Positions 55,182-64,000 of a stretch of DNA of 64,000 nt are shown one piece after another. The stretch's first letter is position 1. Each line of letters opens with the position of its first letter. The notes beneath the pieces are model-generated. The model was not told the DNA's origin, made no database searches, and saw only the letters and a program-made list of their open reading frames with translations. The stretch is taken from NCBI GenBank assembly GCA_964016885.1, contig OZ024742.1, positions 284,394,001-284,458,000 on the forward strand, given 5' to 3'. The position numbers were made by a program, and so were the translations under genes. This DNA comes from Eledone cirrhosa (Eukaryota).

Positions 55182-55699
55182 ATTTAAGTGTTTGCTTCAA
55201 GATTTTAATCCGCCTCAAATCTCAATCAATATCACATCAACAATTAAATGGCTGTTCGAAGTAAAAATGGTCAAACTCATAAAATAAGTGCCACAAGGGA
55301 ATTCTGGAATGACTATTATATGACCTGAGAAGAAAAGTAATATTTTTGCTTTGCTCGCCAGTGCAGTACATTGCAAACATTCCTTTAGAACAAACATATT
55401 TTCCCATCTAGTATAGAGAATATATACATTACAAAAATAGTATTTGCTCTTAGTATTATATTTGTATTGAAGTTTAGGTTACACTTCTGTAAAAACTATA
55501 CCGTGTTTTGTTAATTGTTTCGTAATATCATGATGCAGAGGTTGTGCTGGTGAAATCAACTTGCCTCAATACAACTGAATCAACACTGCTTCCTTCCCAG
55601 CCTTGGAAATACTCCAGAAGTGTTGTTTAAGAATAGATATTTGATTCAAAACGAAGACTGGCTGTATACCAAAATAACATTATTTTCTACATATACATT

Positions 55700-55858
55700 T
55701 CAGTATGGCTTTGTAGTTAATGAGTTCGCTTCGGAAACACGTTGTCACAGGTTCAGTCACATTGCGCAGTACCTTGGACGAGTGGCTTCGACTATATCCT
55801 CGGGTTGACCAATGCCTTGTGAATGAGATGTGGTAGGTGGAAACTGCAGAACCCCGCC

Positions 55859-55860
<2 letters not shown>
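55700..55860 (+). mobile_element. Old tRNA-derived SINE ending in (TA)n
   Basis: TGGCTTTGTAGTTAA..GGTTCAGTC..ACCTTGGACGAGTG..GGAAACTGCAGAACCCCGCCG-(TA)n. Confidence 0.55.
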
Positions 55861-55879
<19 letters not shown>

Positions 55880-55894
<15 letters not shown>

Positions 55895-58800
55895 CTGAGG
55901 ATGTGTGTGTTAAGGTTTGTAACGTATGCACGTCCACAATTTCCAACGGATTCTATTCAAAGTCGGGACAATCATAGCCTTTGGTCAGGAAAAGGTCATG
56001 AAGCAAAAACATTTCAAATCCATCAACAATAAGGGCAAAAATAGATCATGATCATTCCCCCTCTCTATAATTTAACTGCTTTACTCTCTCTGTCGCTCTT
56101 CACTCCCTATATGACAACACTGCAGAGAGAGAAACAATGTTTATGATCAAATGGAGAGTTCCGTATATTCCCTCTCTCTATAATTTAACTGCTTTACTCT
56201 CTCTGTCGTTCTTCACTCCCTATATGACAACACTGCAATGGAGCGTTCCGTATTGAGCGTTCTGTATTGACATACGGCTTATGTGGGTCATTTTCAATAG
56301 GCTTATTGCAAATAACAATCCGCAAACTAACACTTCATATAACAGATTAATACTATAGACATATGAATCGGAATGTAACCCGTGAACTTTTTCCTGGGCA
56401 AAATTATTCGAACAGACATGACCTCATTGCCAGTGTGTTCAGACTGAAACTGGCTAAACTCATGGCTTTAATCAAAAAGGGTCAGGTATTTAGGGCTGTA
56501 AAATGTGACATGTTCACCGTCAAATGGCAAAAACGAGGGCTGCCTCATGCTCACATTTTGATTTGGTTAGCTGATAAAATCAATTCAAATGCCATAGACA
56601 GCTTCATTTCGGCTGAAATCCCTAACCCAGCAACTGACCAGGAATTACATGACATCGTCAAAGCTAACATGGTCCGTGTGCGTCGGGTCCTAATGATCAT
56701 CACACGTGTCTGAAAGGGGGGTCGTGCAGTAAGGGATACCCCCAAAGATTTGTTGACCATACTCAGACTAGTGGCGACGGGTACCCCCTGTAGAGGCGGA
56801 GACGGCCCGAGAATGATGGCTTCACCAGAACAGTAAAGGGAGGTCAAGTCGACAATAGATGGGTGGTCCCTTACTGCACGCTTCTCTTGAAGAAGCGAGC
56901 AGTAAGGGACCACATCAACGTTGAGTTTTGCAACTTCGTCAAGTCGATAAAATACATATGCAAATATGTAAATAAGGGCTCTGATACCGCAATGTTCGCA
57001 TTTCAAGCTGAAAATAGCAGGGACGAGGTCACAGAATACATGGCGAGGCGGTACATCAGTAGCAATGAAGCTTTTTGGCGCCTATTTGGTTTATCCCTAC
57101 ACCAACGGCACCCCGCCATCGTACAGCTTGCGGTACATTTGGAAAATAGGCAAAGGGTTTACTTTACGGACCAAACCGCCGCCAAGTTGGCCGCCGATCC
57201 GAAAGAGACCATTCTGACGGGTTTCTTCAAACTTTGCCAGTTCGATACATTTGCGCAAACAATTGTGTATCCCCAGGTTACATCCTACTTTATATGGTCG
57301 AAAAACACTTGGGTGCGAAGAAAGTCAGGCCAGGCTGTTGAAAGACATCCTGGTGTCAAATTTGACAGTTGTCTTGGAAGGGTTTACACTGTGCCCCCAA
57401 GTCAGCATGAGTGCTTTCATCTCCGCCTTCTTCTGCATGAAGTTGTAGGCCCACAAAGTTTTCAGGACCTCAAAACTGTTGATGGAAAAATATGTGATAC
57501 GTACCGGGAAGCCTGCTTTAAGCGTGGTCTTTTGGAAGATGATCCACAATGGGATTCCACTTTAGCAGAGGGTGCGTTGTTGAAATCACCTAAAGGTCTA
57601 CGGGAACTCTTTGCCATTTTGCTTCAAAAGTGTGAATTGGGTGATCCCAAATCTTTATGGGTCAAGTACAGATACTTCATGTCTGAGGACTTCCTGCGCC
57701 TAGCTCATCTGCAGTATACTTCAGTGGAAGTTGGTTACAGCGACATTATCTACAACAGGGCACTCATTGATATCGAGGACGCCCTCCTCAACATGGGTGG
57801 GAGTGAGTTGGTGACGTATGGCTTGCCGTCAAGCGTCAGAGAGGAAGCTAACACGTTGGCCCCGGATTTGTTGCGGGAAACAACATTTGACATCGAATCT
57901 CTTTCCCAATACTTAGAGGAAAATGAGCTCAAACTTCTGTCGGACCAAAGGTTGGCCTATTTAACTATCATTGACGCGGTTCAAAATCAGACTGGGGGTA
58001 TTTACTTTCTCGATGCTCCTGAGGGTACCGGAAAAACTTTTGTAACGAAATTGATTCTCGCTAAGATTCATCAGGAGAAAAAAGTTGCGTTGGCCGTTGC
58101 ATCGTCCGGGATCGCTACTACTTTGCTGTCGGGAGGGAGGACAGCACATTCAACCTTTAAACTCCCCTTGGATTTAGTAAAAACTGAGACACCAACATGC
58201 AATATCAGCAAGAGTTCACACGAAGCTCTCGTTCTCAAAAAATGTTGCCTCATTGTTTGGGATGAGTGCACAATGGCACACAAGGGTGCCATTGAGGCAT
58301 TGGACAGGACCCTGAAAGACATTAGGGATTCTACGGCTCCTATGAGTGGCGTAACCCTTCTGCTATCAGGGGATTTTCGGCAAACGCTGCCTGTCATCCC
58401 CAAAGGGACAAGAGCTGATGAAGTGCGTGCCTGCCTTAAGTCCATGTTGTGGCTCCAGGTGAAGAGTTTATACCTGAGCACAAATATGCGTGCTCATTTG
58501 CATGGTGAGAACATGTCTGTAGCATTTGCTCAGAACATTTTAGCACTGGTGAGGGCAAGGTCCATGCGGATGACAAGGGCGGCATAGCAATCGACTCCCT
58601 GTGCAACATTGTGAGCAGCCCTTCTGACGTTTGGGAAGCAGTTTTTACTAATGTCTCATTTAACTTTAAAAACCTCGATTGGCTCAGCGAAAGAGCCATC
58701 CTTGCTCCGCAAAATACCATGGTTAATTTTATTAACGAGCAGCTGATTGAGAAGAATCCCGGTAAAGAGCACATCTTCAAATCTATCGACCGGGCGTCAG

Positions 58801-59609
58801 ACCCCGACGATATCGTTAATTATCCGGTTGAGTTATTAAATTCCCTTGAGCCCCCAGGGCTCCCACCTCACATTCTTAAGCTTAGGGTTGGCTGTCCCAT
58901 TATGCTAATAAGGAACTTGCGTCCACCAAAGCAGTGCAACGGTACTCGCATGGTCGTCAAGTCACTGATGCCCCACTTGATTGAGGCCACCATTGTAACG
59001 GGGTGCGGGAGAGAGGAGAATGTTTTCATTCCAAGGATGAACCTTTACCCCTCGGCGTCAGATATCCCGTTCGATTTCCGGCGATCCCAATTCCCGGTGA
59101 GACCATGTTTTGCCATGTCCATTAACAAGTCACAAGGGCAAACATTGTCGGTGGCGGGCATCCATTTGGGGGAGCCATGCTTCTCTCATGGCCAACTTTA
59201 TGTTGCCTGTTCCCGCGTAGGGAGCAGGAATGGACTTTTTGCTTACACTCCTCAAGGGATGACACATAATATCGTCTACAAAGAGGTGCTATAGATGTTG
59301 GTGCAGGTGTTGGAGGAGCTGGAGCTATGCCGTCTGGAAAACTGGTAGGGTCACCCATCGCTGACAGACTGACACCCAACGGCATCAGGGTCACCATCTT
59401 GCAATTTTGGTGTGCTAAATTCGCTATTGGAAGATCATTAACCCATCGTTGATTGTCCAAAATGGTAATTGGTTCGTAACTTTTAATAACCGGTTCAACT
59501 GCTTTATGCACTTAATTGATAAGCTTATTCGCTTTCAAGCCACGTTTACCTGTATGTAACTTTTCATAGCAAATGAACAAACCCGAGCAACGCCGGGCTA
59601 AACTGCTAG
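55880..59609 (+). mobile_element. Internally deleted Helitron
   Basis: Contains Rep/helicase coding remnants. The 3' end is hairpin CCCGAGCAACGCCGGG then CTAG|T at 59606-59610. The 5' boundary is approximate (TA run plus AAAGCTGA). There is a ~115-bp tandem duplication at 56053-56238. Confidence 0.88.
56363..59294 (+). pseudogene. Helitron RepHel (HUH endonuclease plus PIF1-family helicase), split by frameshifts
   Basis: WQKRGLPHAHILIW (HUH motif); KYICKYVNKG; DAPEGTGKT (altered Walker A); GGRTAHSTFKLP; IVWDECTM; GDFRQTLPV; CNGTR; FAMSINKSQGQTL; FSHGQLYVACSRV. Confidence 0.95.
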
Positions 59610-59614
59610 TATAT

Positions 59615-62600
59615 ATATATATTTATTAAAATAACAGATTAAAGTTTAAGCAAAGAATCGCTGCTTTCACCCTTAACGGGATCTTCTGAAACTAACAAAG
59701 TCAATCTGTAAACGCAGAACTGGATATTTCAAAAAACGTTGCAACCGGAGGAAGACAGGAAGACGATACTTTGGTTCGTGGTAACGTTCGCTGGCAAAGA
59801 ACGGGAAAAAACGAATAATACGTCATTAATAGTTCAAATCCCGTCGAGGTTAACTTTGCCTTTCATCCTTACGGGGTCGATAAAATAAAGTACCAGTAAT
59901 GTACTGGATAATTGCTGGCCTTGTGCCTAAAGTAGAAACAATTAATAGGAGCGGTGAAAAACAATTACGTGCAATGACAGAACCACGTTTATGGTAAAAA
60001 GAAGTCGTAGACTAATGTTCTCTTAGGTGGTGCATAGAGACGTTCTCTGGCAATGAACGAAAAAACGAAGATAATAAGTCATATGTGGAGCGTGGAGAAC
60101 AATAGCATGCAAAGACAAAACCACGTAAATGGTATAGCAGAAGTCGTAGACTAAAATTCTAACTAGGAGACCAAATGAATCTCCGCTACAGAGTTAAGAA
60201 CAAAGTAAATAAATACAATACAGAAGTAATAGAAACAAATAAATACATACACGCAAACAGATACGTACATACACAAGCATACGCAAAACCTTACCATAGG
60301 TATACAAAACCACGCACATATAAATATGTGTGTGTATGCCTGTGTAAAAATAAATAAATAATTATATAAACGTATATAAGTAAATAAATACGTATATAAC
60401 AAGCGCACACGCATACCTACATATAAATACACGAATGTTCGGAGACGTAAGTCAACTAAAACAAGAAGTACACATATACACACACCCACCATACGTACGA
60501 ACCTGCATACTCACGCAGACGCAAAACTCCCGTATACACATAGCCAAACCCTAAATACCAGAATATGTGAAAAATTATACGCCATAACAGTCAAATATAC
60601 GTACGAGAAGGTATACATACCTTCACAAAACATACGGGTAATATATACTTACCTATGCAAATAAGTAAAGGAATAAACAAAACATATACTTAGCTCCCAC
60701 ATCAAGACGTAAAATATCCACGTATAGATCGTGCTATCCATTAGGGTATAACGTAGGGCTGTAATACAGGAAAGTTTTGTGCAATTTATGTTTACAAGCC
60801 GAAATTGCCTCAGATTTTTTGTTTAAGATGTGGTCTGTGGCGTAGGGTATTTCCAGGGCCTCAGCGGCGCAGAGGTCACATGGTCTTTTATTTCCGTTAT
60901 ACGATCTAGCCCTAGCTAGGATCTCCCAGTGTAACTTATATTGGGTGTGGTTGTCTTTTAGACTCCAGATATAAGCTGAAAGTGACGTCATATTCCTTCT
61001 TAGTGGGTAACGAAAAGAATGGGTATGCATGTAAAGACGCTGCTTGAAACTATTGGCGGTTAACCCTATGTAGGCCCTACGGGACGTGGGTGTTACAACC
61101 TTACATTTGTAGACAATGTTACTAGAGAGGCATTTCCCGGATAGGGGGCAATTACAGTTAGTACTAATTACTACAATTACAGTTAGTACTAACTACAGGG
61201 TTGCACGTGTTCCTACGGCTAGGTAGTTTAGCTAAATTTGAAGCTGTGATGTTATGTGCAAGGTTAGGAGTCGTAGAGTAAGAAATTTTAATAGTATTTC
61301 TATTAAAAATGTTACTATATTTATGTGTAGGGGGAAAATGCTTCGTAATAAGGGAAAGAAAGATCTTAGCTAATGGTGTGGCCACCTCCATATTATATGG
61401 TGGGTTAAACCAACAAATGCGACGGGATCTATTTCTTCTAGGTCTATTTTCGTACTCTGTATATGCTACCTTATCGACAAATCCACTTCGAGCAAGAGCT
61501 TCATTGTAATAAGTGGAATGGTCGTTGAAAATGCGCTCGTTGGTGGAAAGACGGGAAAGCCTCAACGAAACGTTTCTTACCAGGTTCTTGGTTATGCTGG
61601 CAGGATGGTTGGAATGCTTACTTATGTAATTAAGCGTATCATTCGGCTTTCTATACGGGTAATACAACCCATTCAATAAATTGAGGGTAACGTCGAGGTA
61701 ATTAACGACCGAGAGATTGGCCTCAACCTGTATAGAGAGGTTGAAGCCTTTAAAGAAGGCTGTGAGTTCTTTTCTGAACCTGTCGCAAGCACGAGGTCCG
61801 CACTTAGTCATGGTCAAAAGACCATCGTCACGGTACAAACCACCGCCCGCGTTGGGGAATTCGTCCTTGATAGAGAAAAGAAGGAAAAGGCCAATAAGAT
61901 CAGTAACCTCCGCAGAGTCACTGGCGCCCATACTCACGTCGAATGGGGTACTATTGGATTTTTTAATCCAAATAGAGTCGTCGAAATTAATCACCGACTT
62001 TCGGGCATTAAGGATGACATCAACTTCAAAATCCTTAACCACTGTGAGTGTTTTAGCGAAATTGATAGCTCTAAGGAGAAGTGGTAAAGTGATGGATGAG
62101 TAGTAATTGTTGATGTCGAATTGGATAAAACGGCAATGTTCCTTGTTACATATGCCGTTGAACCAATCAATCACCGCGAAAGAATTGTTCCACAATGCGA
62201 GAGGGGCCAAACTTCTAATTTCAGGTATAATTCTATCAAGAATCGTTTTACTAAGTCTACCTAAATCGGACTTCGTAGGGTCAATAAGCCGAATAGAGGG
62301 GTTGTTCGGAAAATTGGATTTGTGATCCTTCAGGGTAAAGTGGGGAGAGATAGGGTCCAGAGGTTCGGTCCGGTCGAGGATGTTGAGATCAGATGTGATT
62401 TTAAACCCAGCATCGTTGATTTCATTGATGACGCACCGATTAGTTTTACGGTAATCCTTAGTTACAGCATTATGTAGTAGTTGATGGTAAGTACTGCGCT
62501 CCACTTGATATAGGTTGCCAGTTTTGTCGGAGTGGACGTACACGGCGTTAGAATCCTTAATAGAACGAATTCTATTCTTCAGGTCCTGCTGGAAGGAATT

Positions 62601-62770
62601 GCTCCTATTCCGAAATTTGATATTCCGAATGAGTTCCAAGACATCATTTTCGAAGGGTAGCAATGCTGGGTTTCACGGAGGGTTATTATAGGTTTTAAAT
62701 CCAAATTTATCTTGTTTGTTGTCTGCTTTTCGCGGATTATCGAAATAAAAGGCACGCCAACGCAACCTTT
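59615..62770 (-). mobile_element. Penelope-like retroelement (C-terminal GIY-YIG, resembling the Hydra clade), 5'-truncated, with a long 3' UTR containing a SINE (59832-59944, plus)
   Basis: RLRWRAFYF start near 62768; SDKTGNLY; TLKDHK..IRLI; FDINNYYSSI; MGASDSAEV; LYRDDGL; YLDVT; WFNPPY; NCNC..CPLSGKCL..IVYKC..YIGLT..FKQR..CDLC..LNKKSE..CKH. Confidence 0.92.
60734..62768 (-). pseudogene. PLE RT plus GIY-YIG ORF with one in-frame TGA (~62675) and a 25-bp duplication frameshift (~61150-61195)
   Basis: ORFs 61164..62663 and 60734..61030 plus manual translation of the gaps. Confidence 0.9.
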
Positions 62771-63063
62771 ACTATATATAAATGGAATAGAATGAAACGA
62801 AATTTCATTTCTCACTCTTAGTACGGCACTTACTTAAATGTAAGCATGTATGTATGTATACGTACATACATATATGTATACAGACGTAAAGTAGTATGTA
62901 TATATATACATACATGCACACATATATATATATGCACGTATCGGTTTACCGAACATTTATTTTAATGTTCGGTTTGTTTGTTTGTAAACAAACAAACAAA
63001 CCGAATTACGCCGTACAGTGTTTAGGCAACCACGTCACCTTTTTGTTCAACACTGACACAGGA

Positions 63064-63106
63064 ACGATGTACTAGTTTCAAGCTTATTAGCTATCGTCAG
63101 CATCGT
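63064..63106 (-). ncRNA. Minimal type I hammerhead ribozyme (intact core)
   Basis: Minus strand: ACGATG-CTGACGA-TAGCT aata AGCTT-GAAA-CTAG-TA-CATCGT. Stem I is a perfect 6 bp, stem II is 4 bp with U.U at its base, stem III is palindromic, and the triplet is GUA. Confidence 0.85.
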
Positions 63107-63262
63107 AAACCTTCCTGCCAGATGGTTGAACGTCTGAAAGTATATACTTTCCTTATGCATATTAACGGCTGAGCAGCCTAATTTGCATATCGAGTGAGTT
63201 CAGTCGGCCGGTCGCACCGAAAACGATAAATGGAATAGAATATATATATATATATATATATA

Positions 63263-63342
63263 TATTGGCTTACATATTACTAGTAGTGCTCAAAAGTGAC
63301 CTGACACACACACATACACACACACACACACACATATATATA

Positions 63343-63380
<38 letters not shown>

Positions 63381-63416
63381 CATTTTTGAGTACTACTAGT
63401 AATATGTAAGCCAATA
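63263..63416. repeat. Foldback/MITE-like palindrome with a (CA)n/(TG)n centre
   Basis: TATTGGCTTACATATTACTAGTAGTGCTCAAAAGTGACCT vs AGGTCATTTTTGAGTACTACTAGTAATATGTAAGCCAATA. Confidence 0.85.
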
Positions 63417-63499
63417 CAACCTGTCGCATGGTCAGGTCGTGTCTACGTTCCCACCCTACGCATTCTGAAGAGACTATTAAACACTTTTTTTCTTTTTTT

Positions 63500-63825
63500 T
63501 TTGGCAGACTTAAGCATGACAGTACAGGGGTTTCCATCTGAAGATAAATTAGTGATTCTAGGAGATTTCATTGCTAGAATAGGAAAAGATAATTCAACCT
63601 GGTTAGTGCTTGGCCCTCGTAGCGTGGGTAAGTGCAATAGTAATGGAATAAAACTACCAACCTTTTGCTCAGAGAATAACTTTACTATAAGTTGGCACCT
63701 TTTCCGGCAAAAAATAAAAATAAATGCACTTGGAAAAATCGTCGCTCCAAATATTGGCCCCCTCTTAGATTATGTACTAGCGAGAAGCCGTGATAGAGTT
63801 ATGCATGGCGCTGAATGTTGGAATG
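63500..63825 (+). pseudogene. APE endonuclease fragment of an RTE-like LINE
   Basis: DKLVILGDFIARIG..GKCNSNGIKL..FCSEN..LLDYVL..RVMHGAECW. Confidence 0.8.
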
Positions 63826-63837
63826 TTGGGTAAAGAA

Positions 63838-64000
63838 CCCCTTCGGTCACGAATGACCTAGAAAGTTCCCCCTCCGAGGCACAAGTCCGAGCAAGGTTCT
63901 TTGTGGAAGACCAGCAGTCGCCCATGTATACCAGTCTCCCCTCTCCATGCCACCGATGTTGTCCAATGGAAAGGCAAAGGCTGATACAGCTTGGCACCAG
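63838..64000 (-). mobile_element. 3' part of another SINE-like repeat, running off the window edge
   Basis: Resembles, from memory, a common octopus repeat (CTGGTGCCAAGCTGTATC..GGCGACTGCTGGTCTTCC..TGACCGAAG). Confidence 0.5.

Noticed and set aside
62670-62680. In-frame TGA in the PLE ORF as a possible selenocysteine, as in Naiad PLEs
   Set aside because: It is not at a Cys-like conserved position, the endonuclease is C-terminal, and I saw no SECIS. CGA-to-TGA decay is simpler.

Overview
Repeat-saturated, essentially gene-free eukaryotic window. The dominant tRNA-derived SINE and the microsatellite load look like an octopod cephalopod genome; this is inferred from remembered SINE sequences, not from a search. 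No intact host protein-coding gene is supported, and most ORFs in the track are microsatellite artefacts. The window holds decayed non-LTR retroelements (R4/Dong-like, CRE, Vingi, Tx1/L1, RTE, CR1/L2-like), a Gypsy fragment, three Penelope-like element (PLE) coding remnants, one nearly complete with RT plus GIY-YIG, and an internally deleted Helitron with non-autonomous Helitron pieces. It also holds a Tc1/mariner remnant, four hAT MITEs with 8-bp TSDs, about 25 SINE copies and a ~9.4 kb 20-bp minisatellite with a higher-order duplication. The most interesting unannotated signal is a set of type I hammerhead ribozyme motifs: two intact-looking (46984-47063 and 63064-63106, both minus strand) and several decayed. 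They lie in PLE terminal repeats or in short ORF-less units. One unit (~654 bp period) has the partial-tandem plus inverted-segment architecture of a non-autonomous PLE or retrozyme.
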